Both the position numbers and the translations under genes were made by a program. The notes beneath the pieces were generated by a model. The model ran no database searches and was not told the origin of the DNA. It worked only from the letters and a program-made list of their open reading frames with translations. 24,000 nt of DNA from an uncultured Solirubrobacterales bacterium (lineage in GTDB: Bacteria; Pseudomonadota; Alphaproteobacteria; Acetobacterales; Acetobacteraceae), in assembly GCA_963697635.1 (NCBI GenBank), contig CAVOOS010000021.1, positions 53,654-77,653 of the forward strand, in the 5' to 3' direction. Below are positions 1 to 9,135 of the stretch, one piece after another (the stretch's first letter is position 1; every line of letters starts with the position of its first letter).

Positions 1-1
1 C

Positions 2-544
2 ACCCGCGACATCGCGCCCCTGGTCACCGAGCCCGCGATCAAGGCGCGCTACGACGCCACCATCGCCGGCAAGCCGGGCGAGGCCGAGGTACACGCCAGC
101 CACATCCTGGTCGCCACGGAGGACGAGGCCAAGAAGGTGATCGCGGAGCTGAACAAGGGCGGCGACTTCGCGGCGCTGGCCAAGGCGCACAGCACCGACA
201 GCGGCGCCGCCAACGGCGGCGATCTCGGCTTCTTCAAGAAGGGCGACATGGTGCCGGAATTCTCCGCCGCCGCCTTCGCCCTCAAGCCCGGCGAGATCAC
301 CCAGACGCCGGTGCACTCCCAGTACGGCTGGCACGTGATCAAGGTGATCGAGATCCGCCCGGGCCAGCCGCCGACCTTCGAGCAGTCGCACGACCAGATC
401 CGCCAGGAGATCATCCAGGAGGCGGTGAAGAAGGTCGTCGCGCAGGCGAAAGAGGGCCTGACAATCGAGAAATTCAATCCGGACGGCACGACCCCGAAAG
501 CCACCGACACCGCCGAGCCGCCGCCGCCGCCCGCCAAGCAATAA
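2..544 (+). CDS. Peptidyl-prolyl cis-trans isomerase, parvulin/PpiC type (SurA/PpiD-like), 5' end cut by window edge
   Basis: Frame is open from nt 2 to TAA at 542-544. Translation ...HASHILVATEDEAKKVIAELNKGGDFAALAKAHSTDSGAANGGDLGFFKKGDMVPEFSAAAFALKPGEITQTPVHSQYGWHVIKVIE is a textbook parvulin rotamase domain, followed by a Pro-rich tail. Confidence 0.9.
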   Translation, partial: TRDIAPLVTEPAIKARYDATIAGKPGEAEVHASHILVATEDEAKKVIAELNKGGDFAALAKAHSTDSGAANGGDLGFFKKGDMVPEFSAAAFALKPGEITQTPVHSQYGWHVIKVIEIRPGQPPTFEQSHDQIRQEIIQEAVKKVVAQAKEGLTIEKFNPDGTTPKATDTAEPPPPPAKQ

Positions 545-556
545 TTTTCGCCGCCC

Positions 557-604
557 TTTCCCCCTTTCCGCCCGCGCTTGCGGCGGAGGAGGGGGGGCAG
601 GGGC
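557..604 (+). terminator. Long imperfect C-rich/G-rich hairpin directly after the PPIase stop (terminator-like or REP-like; no U tract)
   Basis: ccctttccccctttccgcccgc-gctt-gcggcggaggagggggggcagggg folds around loop 576-579 with G-C and G-U pairs and two bulges. It lies between the PPIase stop (544) and the argJ start (669). Confidence 0.35.
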
Positions 605-668
605 CTACGCCAACCGCTCCCTGCCGCGAACTGGGAGCGCAACAAGACACTCGGACTGAGGGGGAAAC

Positions 669-1898
669 ATGCCGCTGCCGGTCTCGCCGCTCGCGGTCGC
701 CCTGCCGCTGCTGCCGGAGATTGCCGGGGTCCGGCTCGGGGCGGCGGCCGCCGGCATCCGCTACCAGGGCCGCACCGACGTCGTGCTCGCCGAGTTCTCG
801 CCCGGCACGACGGTGGCGGGCGTGTTCACGCGCAACAAGTGCCCCGGCGCGCCGGTCGACTGGTGCCGGGCCGCGCTCGCGGGCGGGCGGGCGCGCGCGC
901 TGGTGGTCAACGCCGGCAACGCCAACGTGTTCACCGGCCGCGCCGGAGCAGAGGCTGCGAAAGCCACGGCCGTCGCCGCCGCGGGCCTCGTCGGCTGCCC
1001 CGTCAAACAGGTATTTTTGGGTTCCACCGGCGTCATCGGCGAACCGCTGTCGCACGAGCGCCTGACCGCCGCCCTGCCCGCGCTGCACGAAGCGCTGCGC
1101 CCCGATGCATGGGAGAATGCGGCGCGCGGCATCATGACCACCGACACGTTCCCCAAAGCCGCGACGCGGGAGGCGAGCATCGGCGGCGCAACCGTGCGGA
1201 TCAGCGGCATCGCCAAGGGCAGCGGCATGATCGCGCCCGACATGGCGACCATGCTGTGTTTCGTCTTCACCGACGCCAAATTGCCGGCCGCCGTGCTGCA
1301 ATCGGCGCTGTCCGGAGCCGTGGAGGGCAGCTTCAACGCGACCACGGTCGACAGCGACACCTCCACCAGCGACACGGTGCTGTTGTTCGCCACCGGCCAG
1401 GCCAAGCACCCACGCGTGCCTGCTGAAGGCGGCCCGGGGCTGCGTGACTTTTCCGAGAAATTGTTTGAGGTACTACACGATCTCGCCTTGCAGGTGGTGC
1501 GGGACGGCGAGGGTGCCCAGAAGCTGGTTCGAATCGACGTCACCGGCGCGGTGTCCAGGAAATCAGCCAAGCGCGTGGCGTTGGCGATCGCCAATTCCCC
1601 CCTCGTGAAGACCGCGATTGCCGGCGAGGACGCCAACTGGGGCCGCATCGTCATGGCGGTCGGCAAAGCCGGCGAACCCGCCGACCGCGACACCCTCTCG
1701 ATCGCCATCGGCGGGGTCTGGATGGCCCGCGACGGCAGCGTGGTGCCCGGCTACGACGAGGCGCCGGTCGTTGCGCACATGAAGGGCCGGGAGATCGGGA
1801 TCGTGGTCGATCTCGGCCTCGGCCGCGGCAGCGCGACGGTTTGGACGTGCGACCTGACGCACGGGTATATCGACATCAACGGGTCGTATCGGTCGTAG
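669..1898 (+). CDS. argJ: Bifunctional glutamate N-acetyltransferase / amino-acid acetyltransferase ArgJ
   Basis: 409-aa ORF. It has [21 protein letters not shown] (the ArgJ autoproteolytic ATML site) and the C-terminal [23 protein letters not shown] ribosome-binding site lies just upstream of the ATG. Confidence 0.95.
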   Translation: MPLPVSPLAVALPLLPEIAGVRLGAAAAGIRYQGRTDVVLAEFSPGTTVAGVFTRNKCPGAPVDWCRAALAGGRARALVVNAGNANVFTGRAGAEAAKATAVAAAGLVGCPVKQVFLGSTGVIGEPLSHERLTAALPALHEALRPDAWENAARGIMTTDTFPKAATREASIGGATVRISGIAKGSGMIAPDMATMLCFVFTDAKLPAAVLQSALSGAVEGSFNATTVDSDTSTSDTVLLFATGQAKHPRVPAEGGPGLRDFSEKLFEVLHDLALQVVRDGEGAQKLVRIDVTGAVSRKSAKRVALAIANSPLVKTAIAGEDANWGRIVMAVGKAGEPADRDTLSIAIGGVWMARDGSVVPGYDEAPVVAHMKGREIGIVVDLGLGRGSATVWTCDLTHGYIDINGSYRS

Positions 1899-2179
1899 AA
1901 TGTTGGCGGCGGCGTTGCCGCAGCGCCGTTGCGAAGGTCCGCTTGGATGAAATTAACGGAGACGCGCAACGCTGCAGAATGATGTGCGTTTCGCAGTCGC
2001 CACCCGCGCCAGTTCGGCCCAGACTCTAAAATCTTGATTATCCCCTGCCATCCCAGCGGAGTTCGAGGCACAATGCCCCCCAACAGCAAATGTGGGGTCA
2101 GCCACATGATTGGGAATGCCGCCACGCGCCGCCGGCGCGGCGTGAACTCAAAACGCGCTGCTGTCAGCGGAGGGCGTAC

Positions 2180-2629
2180 ATGACGCTTCGGGCGCTTGGT
2201 GTCCTGCCATTTGCCGCCGCCGCGCTGTTCGGCTGCGCCGGGGTGTGGCCGACCACGACGGCGTCTCCCACGGCGGCCTTGACGGTGGTGCCGCCGGCAG
2301 CGCCCGCACCGATCCCGGCCGCGGCCGTGCTTGCGCTCTACGCGACCCCGCACCGCGAGGAGGGCACCGTGATGCACGGCTCGCACGAAGGCGCGCACTG
2401 GACCAAATGGGCCAAGCCCGACGGCAGCATGGAACTGCTCGCCGGCCACGGCCTGTTCGCCGACACCGGCAAATTCGTCATCCGCGGCAACATGATCTGC
2501 ACCACGTGGGGCCACATCGACGACGGCCACGAGAACTGCGTGCATCTCGTGCAGGTCAGTTCCGACGAGTACGTCACCTACGGCACCGACGGCACGGAAG
2601 GCTCGCGCTTCGAGATCCAGCCGCCGTAA
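2180..2629 (+). CDS. Small secreted lipoprotein, unknown function (possibly DUF995-like)
   Basis: Internal ATG at 2180 is preceded by GGAGGG. N-terminus MTLRALGVLPFAAAALFGC has a signal peptide plus lipobox (LFGC). The longer track ORF from 2090 adds an Arg/Cys-rich, non-protein-like leader. The DUF995 assignment comes from recalled pattern only. Confidence 0.65.
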   Translation: MTLRALGVLPFAAAALFGCAGVWPTTTASPTAALTVVPPAAPAPIPAAAVLALYATPHREEGTVMHGSHEGAHWTKWAKPDGSMELLAGHGLFADTGKFVIRGNMICTTWGHIDDGHENCVHLVQVSSDEYVTYGTDGTEGSRFEIQPP

Positions 2630-2644
2630 GCCGCAGGCCCGGCG

Positions 2645-2944
2645 CTACGCCGCGCGGCGCTGCGCGACGCCGGTGATCTCCTGCCGCCGCGCCACCTGCC
2701 GCACGCCGACCACCTGGCGCAGATTGCCCTCGACCAGATGCACCATCTCGGCGGGCATCGCCAGCATCGCGATCTCCACCCGCATCTCCTCGCCGTCGCG
2801 CGCCGCCTCGAACAGGTCGGGGCTCAGGTCGCGCTTGGCGAACGGTTGCAGCAGCCGCGGCAGCAGGCCGGGCTGCGCGTCGGCGACCAGGGAAAAGCGG
2901 ACGGAAGCGTGCAGACCCACCAGGGTCCAGGGTTCGTGCGACAT
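2645..2944 (-). CDS. Hypothetical protein, 99 aa
   Basis: ORF has strong GC3 codon bias and balanced composition (MSHEPWTLVGLHASVRFSLVADAQPGLLPRLLQPFAKRDLSPDLFEAARDGEEMRVEIAMLAMP...). I recognise no family. Confidence 0.55.
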   Translation of the reverse strand: MSHEPWTLVGLHASVRFSLVADAQPGLLPRLLQPFAKRDLSPDLFEAARDGEEMRVEIAMLAMPAEMVHLVEGNLRQVVGVRQVARRQEITGVAQRRAA

Positions 2945-2980
2945 GTCGGGGGAAACTCCGGGTCGGAGAACGAAGACGCG

Positions 2981-3008
2981 CGAAAACGCCGGCTGCCTCA
3001 GGCAGCCG
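2981..3008 (-). terminator. Rho-independent terminator candidate downstream of the DUF2125-like gene
   Basis: Perfect 8-bp stem cggctgcc / ggcagccg (2990-2997 / 3001-3008) with a 3-nt loop. On the minus strand it is followed by GCGUUUUCG. Confidence 0.55.
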
Positions 3009-3062
3009 AGCCGGTAATTCGCGCGCGCAGGACCCGGAACGTCATGACGCCACCATAGCCGA

Positions 3063-4086
3063 TCACGGGCCGCTTGGCCAGTTCAGTTTTCCGATCGTCG
3101 CCAGCGGGATCATGCCGAGCGAAACCGAGCGGTCGTGCAGCGTCAGCGGCACCTCGACGCCCGGCGCGCCGCCTTCCGAGGCGTTCGTCAGCAGTCCCGC
3201 GACTGCCTTCGCCGCCTGCGCGGCCCGCGTCGTGATCACGTGCGCGGCGGCGAGCGCGGTCAGCGTCTCCTGCATGCCGACCAGCCGCAGCGTCGCGGTC
3301 GCATCCGGCTGCAGCGCCGCGTCCAGCGTCACCTCGGCCGAGCCGCTGACGCCGAGCGGACCCCAGCCGAGCGCCAGATGCCGCAGCACGAGCTTGCCGC
3401 CGCTGTCCCGCCACGCCGCCGCGGCGGCCGCCGGGCTCGCCGCGTCCGCCGGCAGCGTGCCCATGAGCGAGCCCTCGATGGTCGCGGAGGCGATGTGCGG
3501 CCCGAGCGGCGCCTGCGCTGCCGGCGGCGGCGGCAACGTGATCGCTTCGGCGCTGAGGCGCAGGGTGGTCGGCTGATGCCAATCCGCTTGGCCTTCCAGC
3601 AGCCCGATCGTCAGCCCTTCGGCGGGCGCGGAGAAATGCAGCCCGCCGGCGTCAAGCGTGGCAGTGGTCGGTGGCAGGCCCTGGTTCAGCGGCACGGACA
3701 GCACGAACCGCTCGGCGCTGAACGGCAGCGCCTCTGACGGCCCGATCCGCAGCGACTGCTGTCCCTCGGCCAGCGCGCTGGCCACGGTGGGGTGCAGCAG
3801 GTCGAGCCGCAGCGTCACCCGCCCGGCGCGGTAGGCGGCGCCGCCGGGGATCGTGTTGGCGCCGCCCGTCAGCGAAAAATCATCGACCGAATAGTCGACG
3901 CGCGAGCGGCCAGCCGCCGCGCGACGCCGCGCCCGCATGCACGGTCCAGCCGTCCGCCGCCATCGCCTGCGTCCACGCGGCGAACCCCTGCTCGACCCGC
4001 CCCTCGGCCCAACGCCAAGCGACGAAGCTGCCCCCGAGCAGCACCGCAAGCAGGCAGGCGAGGCCGATCAGCAGCCGGCGGGGCAT
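3063..4086 (-). pseudogene. DUF2125-like membrane-anchored protein, reading frame broken once (about 3895-3903)
   Basis: The N-terminal 62 codons (MPRRLLIGLACLLAVLLGGSFVAWRWAEGRVEQGFAAWTQAMAADGWTVHAGAASRGGWPLA) are in the frame of ORF 3880..4086. The rest (RVDYSVDDFSLTGGANTIPGG...LNWPSGP) is in the frame of ORF 3063..4049, one base downstream. Joined length is about 340 aa. The family call rests on recalled architecture and on position downstream of plsC. Confidence 0.6.
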
Positions 4087-4188
4087 CGTTTGCTTCTACA
4101 CATATGTCTGCGTACGAAAGTGTGTTGCGGCGTCGAGAAGACGGTTAATCCCCAAGCCAGCTGCGGAACGGATGGTACCGGAACGAAC

Positions 4189-4213
4189 GCCGAAAAAGCC
4201 CACGATTTCCGGC
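4189..4213 (-). terminator. Hairpin 12 nt downstream of the plsC stop (weak terminator candidate)
   Basis: On the minus strand, GCCGGAAA-ucgugggcu-UUUUCGGC forms 8 pairs including one G-U, followed by GUUCGUUCC. The local region is AT-richer than its surroundings. Confidence 0.35.
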
Positions 4214-4224
4214 ATATGAGTTGG

Positions 4225-4986
4225 TTAACTCGCACGCAATGGGAACCGGGCGGCTGGTGTGCCCACAGAGTTCTCCACAGGGGTGTCGCAGAGTGGCGGG
4301 CCAGCGGCAAATGCCGCCTCCAGCCGCTGCATCAGCGCCTCGCGCGAAAGCCCGGGCGGGAGAGGCGGCAGCAGAACGATGCGGATCGTGCCCGGACGCT
4401 TGCGAAAGGCGCGGCGACCCCAGTAGCGGCCGGAATCGGTCACCACCGGGATCACCGGCAGCCGCGTGCGTGCCGCCAGCGCCGCCACGCCGGGGTGCAA
4501 CCGCACCTGCTTCCCAGGGGCAACCCGGGTGCCCTGCGGGAAGATCACGATCTGCCGCTGCTCCGCGAGCGCCCGGTCGGCCTGCCGCAGCAGCCCGCGC
4601 AGCGCGGCGGCGCCGGCATCGCGATCGACCGGGATCATCCCGGTCGCGAGCAGCATCGGCCCGAACAGCGGGATGCGGGTCAGTTCCCGCTTCAGCACGT
4701 AGGCGAAGCGCGGCGCGATCAGCGCCCAGACCAGCGTGTCGAACGCCGACTGGTGCATCGATGCGATCAGCGCCGGGCCGCTCGCCGGCAAATGCTCAAT
4801 GCCCTCGACCCGGTAGCCGATGCCGCAGATCAGTCGCAGCCCGCCCAGCACCAGGCGGATCCAGCCCTGCGCATACGGGATCGCCCGCCGCGGCGCGAAC
4901 AGCCGCAGCGGCAATGCCGCGACCGCCAGAACCGTGGTCAGTCCGAAGAACCACAGATTGAACAGCAGCGAGCGCAGAACGATCAT
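4225..4986 (-). CDS. plsC: 1-acyl-sn-glycerol-3-phosphate acyltransferase
   Basis: 253 aa with an N-terminal TM helix, the acyltransferase H(X4)D motif (HQSAFD) and FPQGTR. The start overlaps the upstream stop by 4 nt. Confidence 0.9.
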   Translation of the reverse strand: MIVLRSLLFNLWFFGLTTVLAVAALPLRLFAPRRAIPYAQGWIRLVLGGLRLICGIGYRVEGIEHLPASGPALIASMHQSAFDTLVWALIAPRFAYVLKRELTRIPLFGPMLLATGMIPVDRDAGAAALRGLLRQADRALAEQRQIVIFPQGTRVAPGKQVRLHPGVAALAARTRLPVIPVVTDSGRYWGRRAFRKRPGTIRIVLLPPLPPGLSREALMQRLEAAFAAGPPLCDTPVENSVGTPAARFPLRAS

Positions 4987-5636
4987 CCGCGATGCCCGTC
5001 CCCCCCGCTGCCATGCTCCGGATGCAGCAGCGCGCCGTGGGGATCGAACGCGCTCAGGCCGACTTCGGCGGCGAGAAACTTGGTGTATTCGCCGGCGAGC
5101 AGCCGCAGCATCGCCGGGTCGGCGCCCTCATGGAAGCCCGGCGGCCGCACCGGCATCGGATACAGCGCCACCTCCGGCAGCGCCCGGCCGAGTTCCGCGA
5201 GCGCGCGCGGCATGTGGTAGCCGGCCGTGACCACGATCAGCGAGCGCATGCCCTGGCCGCGCACCCAGTCGGCGGTCTCGGCGGCATTGCCGCGGGTCGA
5301 GGCGGCGGCGTGGCCGAGCGTGACGCGGCGGCCAAGCTCGGGATCGACGCCGGCGAGGTGGGCGAGCGCCGCGAACCCGGTCGCTTCGCCGACGCCGGTG
5401 ATCAACAGATGCTGCGCGCGCCCTTCGGCGAGCAGGTGCAGCGCGGTCTCGACCCGCCCTGCGCCACCGGTCAGCGCGACGATGCCGTCGGCGCGCGGCG
5501 GCGGCGTAGGCTCGGTGAGTGCCGCGCGGAGGAACCAGGCGAACCCTGCGACCCACAGCAGCGCCAGCGCGCCGACCAGTGTGAGCGCGGCCGAGACCGC
5601 CGCGCGGCGAGCCGATGGGCGCCACAGCCGCATCAC
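4983..5636 (-). CDS. YdcF/ElyC family (DUF218) protein
   Basis: 217 aa with an N-terminal TM anchor, then GIVALTGGAGRVETALHLLAEGRAQHLLITGV...TRGNAAETADWVRGQGMRSLIVVTAGYHMPRA, typical of DUF218. There are 4-nt overlaps with ftsX and plsC. Confidence 0.85.
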   Translation of the reverse strand: MMRLWRPSARRAAVSAALTLVGALALLWVAGFAWFLRAALTEPTPPPRADGIVALTGGAGRVETALHLLAEGRAQHLLITGVGEATGFAALAHLAGVDPELGRRVTLGHAAASTRGNAAETADWVRGQGMRSLIVVTAGYHMPRALAELGRALPEVALYPMPVRPPGFHEGADPAMLRLLAGEYTKFLAAEVGLSAFDPHGALLHPEHGSGGDGHRG

Positions 5637-6591
5637 GGCAGCCGCCTGAGCCAGCGGCGCACGGTCGCCTGCGCGGTCAGGAACCCGATCGCCGCCGCCA
5701 CGACCGGCAGCGCCGGCAGCCCTAGCAGCAGCTCAGACGGCAGGCTGCGCAGCGTCTGTGTCATCATCTCGATCGGATCGACGGGCGCAACCGGCGCCGC
5801 CGGCTCGGCCGTCGCCGCGACGAACGGCGCCGCCAGCGAGGCGAGCGCCAGCAGCACCGGCACCGAGGCGACAGCGCCGAAGAAGCCGCCGAGAGCCGCG
5901 AGCCAGGTCGCGCGGCGGGCGAACCGGCCGGCGATGTAACCGTCGGTGGCGCCGAGCCCGTGCACGATCTCGATCGCCTCCCGGCGCGCCGAGAGGCCGG
6001 CGCGGGTGCCGACCATCACGACCGCGGCCGCGACCGCCGCCACCACCACGAGCGCGAGCCAGGCGCAGGCCTGCAGGCTGCGCGCCAGCACCGCGAGCCG
6101 TTGCACCCAGGTGCCGTGGCTCTCCACCAGCGTGCCCGGCACCGCCGCCTCCATGCGCGCCTGCAACACGGCGAGGTCCGGCCCGGCGCCGGCCAGATGC
6201 ACCTGGATTACTGCCGGCAGCGGCAGCGCCGGCCCGCCGCCGGCATCGCCCAGCCAAGGCCGCAGCAGGTCGACCAGTTCGGCCTGGGTCAGCGCCCGCG
6301 CGCCGACGATCCCCGGGCTCGCCGCGCAGCAGCGACAACGCCCGGTCGAGCCGCGTCTCCTCCGGCCCGTCGCCGGCGCGCGGCAGCGGCTGCGCAGGCT
6401 GCGGCACCTGCACCGTCAGCGCCGACGCCGCCCCCTCCTGCCAGTGCCGCACCAGCGCCGCCGTGCCGGCCGACCCGGCGAGCGCCAGCGCCGCCAGGAA
6501 CGCCATCGCCGCCACCAGCGCCGGCAGCATCCGGTCGCCGATCGCTCGGCGCAGCCCGAGATCGTCGCGCCCCAGCCGCGAGCGGCGCGGG

Positions 6592-6599
<8 letters not shown>
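5633..6599 (-). pseudogene. ftsX: Cell division ABC transporter permease FtsX, reading frame broken once at a G4 run (6311-6314)
   Basis: Codons 1-96 (MTSPRRSRLGRDDLGLRRAIGDRMLPALVAAMAFLAALALAG...RALSLLRGEPG) are in the frame of ORF 5733..6599. The continuation IVGARALTQAELVDLLRPWLGDAGGGPALPLPAVIQVHLAGAGPDL...TVRRWLRRLP is in the frame of ORF 5633..6202. Coding strand reads GAG CCC GGG G ATC GTC. Joined length is about 321 aa. Confidence 0.85.
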
Positions 6600-7263
<664 letters not shown>

Positions 7264-7374
7264 GCGCGCGTCACCGGCCCCTTGCCCCGTCGCGCCGTTG
7301 TGCCACCAAAGCGGGGGGTGCCGGAATAGCATCCGACGCACAGCATCCGGCCGCTCCTGGCGCGAGTGTTGCAA

Positions 7375-7394
7375 CTGCGGGACGTTTCCCGCAG
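7375..7394. promoter_or_regulatory. Perfect 8-bp stem hairpin/palindrome in the ftsE / zinc-ribbon divergent intergenic region
   Basis: ctgcggga-cgtt-tcccgcag followed by attt, 28 nt upstream of the 7422 ATG. Confidence 0.3.
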
Positions 7395-7421
7395 ATTTGC
7401 GCGCCGCAACCGAGCCTTGCC

Positions 7422-7877
7422 ATGCGCATCGTCTGCCCCGTCTGCGACGCCACCTACGACGTGCCGGACGCCATGCTGGCGAGCGGCGCGCGCAAGGTGC
7501 GGTGCGCAAAGTGCGGCAACGAGTGGGCGCCGACGCCGGCGCCGCCACCCGAGGCGTTGGAGTTCGAGCCGGTGGCCGACTTCCACGATGCGCCGCTGCC
7601 CGACTACCCCGACCTGCCGCCGGTGCCGGAAACCGACCCGCTCGGGCGGCACGAGCCGCGCCTCAAGCCGCTGCGGTCGCGGCCGGAGCGCTTCGCCGAG
7701 CCGCCGCACGAGGACGAGCCGCCCGCGCCGCGTGGCGGCCGGCGCGCGTTGGCAGCGTGGGTGCTCACCGTGCTGGTGCTTGCGGCGGCCGGAGCGGCGG
7801 CGGTGAAATGGCGCACCGACGTGATGGCAGTGTGGCCGCCGAGCGCGCGGGTGTTTTCCGCCGTCGGATTGCAGTGA
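7422..7877 (+). CDS. MJ0042-type zinc-ribbon domain protein with C-terminal TM helix
   Basis: MRIVCPVCDATYDVPDAMLASGARKVRCAKCGNEW carries two CxxC pairs. This is followed by a Pro/Glu-rich linker and the TM segment ALAAWVLTVLVLAAAGAAAV. It is divergent from ftsE. Confidence 0.8.
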   Translation: MRIVCPVCDATYDVPDAMLASGARKVRCAKCGNEWAPTPAPPPEALEFEPVADFHDAPLPDYPDLPPVPETDPLGRHEPRLKPLRSRPERFAEPPHEDEPPAPRGGRRALAAWVLTVLVLAAAGAAAVKWRTDVMAVWPPSARVFSAVGLQ

Positions 7878-7919
7878 GGCGCCGACGCCGAACGCGTCAC
7901 GGCGCCTTGAACGGGATGG

Positions 7920-9113
7920 TTGAAGATGTTCCTTGAGGTGCTGCGACGCCGCAATCCGGCGCTGATCGAACAGGCCATCGTCCTGCATCAGTCGGGAAGG
8001 CTGCCTGCCAACAGCTACGTCATCGACCTCGATGCGGTCGAAGCGAACGCACGCGCAATCGCCGATGCGGCGCGGCCGCATGGCATGAAAGTGTTCGCGA
8101 TGACCAAGCAGATGGCGCGCAACGGCGATTTCTGCGCGGCCGTGGGGCGCGGCGGGATCGCGGCGGCCGTCGCCGTCGACATGGAATGCGCCCGCGCCTG
8201 CCAACGCGCCGGGCTGCGCGTCGGCCATCTCGGGCATCTGGTGCAGGTGCCACGCGCCGAAGCCGACACGGCCGCAGGGTTCGCGCCGGACTACTGGACC
8301 GTGTTCAACCGCGAGAAGGCGGAAGCCGCCAGCGCCGCCGCCGCCCGGCGCGGACGGCGGCAAGGCCTGCTGCTCCGCATCAAGGCGTCAGGCGACGTCT
8401 TCTACACTGGCCACGAAGGCGGCTTCGATGCCGACAGCGAGTTGCTGGCCGCCGCCGACTTCGTCGACGGCCTCGCCGGCGCGACGTTCGCCGGCATCAC
8501 CACGTTTCCCGCGCTGCTGTTCGATCAGTCGACCCGCAAGGTCGCGCCGACACATAATCTGCGGACGCTGGAACGCGCCGCGGCGGCGCTCGCGCGCAGC
8601 GGCCGCAGCGGCATCGAGATCAACGCGCCCGGCACCAACTCGGTCGCGATGCTGCCGGCGCTCGCCGCGGCTGGCGCGACACAGGTCGAGCCCGGCCACG
8701 CGCTGACCGGCACGACGCCGCTGCACGCCTGCGAGGATCTGCCGGAACTGCCCGCCGTCGTTTATCTGACCGAGGTCTCGCACAACCATGCTGGCCGCGC
8801 CTACTGCTTTGGCGGCGGGCTGTACATCGATCCGGTGTTTCCCGACTATCCGCTCCATGCCGTCGTCAGCGCAACACCCACGACTTCGAGGCAGGCGCTG
8901 CGTGCCGTCGAAATTCCGCCGTCGGCCGCGATCGACTATTGCGGCATGATCGACGGCGAGGCGCGCGTCGGCGATTTGGTGGTGTTCGGCTTCCGGCCGC
9001 AGGCGTTCGTGACGCGCGCCTACACGGTCGGCGTCTCCGGGCTGCGCGCCGGCACGCCGGCGGTCGGCGCAATATACGATTCGTGGGGCCGGGCGATCGA
9101 CTGGCCCGGGTGA
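7920..9113 (+). CDS. YhfX-like putative PLP-dependent amino-acid racemase (alanine racemase N-terminal domain family)
   Basis: 397-aa intact ORF. N-terminal MFLEVLRRRNPALIEQAIVLHQSGRLPANSYVIDLDAVEANARAIADAARPHGMKVFAMTKQMARNG and overall length match my recollection of YhfX-type proteins. Not verified by search. Confidence 0.65.
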   Translation: MKMFLEVLRRRNPALIEQAIVLHQSGRLPANSYVIDLDAVEANARAIADAARPHGMKVFAMTKQMARNGDFCAAVGRGGIAAAVAVDMECARACQRAGLRVGHLGHLVQVPRAEADTAAGFAPDYWTVFNREKAEAASAAAARRGRRQGLLLRIKASGDVFYTGHEGGFDADSELLAAADFVDGLAGATFAGITTFPALLFDQSTRKVAPTHNLRTLERAAAALARSGRSGIEINAPGTNSVAMLPALAAAGATQVEPGHALTGTTPLHACEDLPELPAVVYLTEVSHNHAGRAYCFGGGLYIDPVFPDYPLHAVVSATPTTSRQALRAVEIPPSAAIDYCGMIDGEARVGDLVVFGFRPQAFVTRAYTVGVSGLRAGTPAVGAIYDSWGRAIDWPG

Positions 9114-9135
9114 CGGCCCCGCTACTCCAGCACCG

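Noticed and set aside
1526-1535. GGTTCGAATC, a tRNA T-loop-like motif
   Set aside because: It lies in frame inside argJ (codons K-L-V-R-I-D). There is no flanking acceptor or anticodon stem complementarity.
2090-2179. N-terminal extension of the lipoprotein ORF (start at 2090)
   Set aside because: The extension (MWGQPHDWECRHAPPARRELKTRCCQRRAY) would bury the signal peptide. The ATG at 2180 has a GGAGGG ribosome-binding site and gives a canonical signal peptide plus lipobox.
1899-2179. Possible small RNA or promoter in the AT-richer argJ-lipoprotein spacer (hairpins gcgcaacgc...gcgtttcgc and atgtgg-N6-ccacat)
   Set aside because: The stems are short or imperfect. There is no convincing -35/-10 pair or terminator, so I cannot support an ncRNA call from sequence alone.
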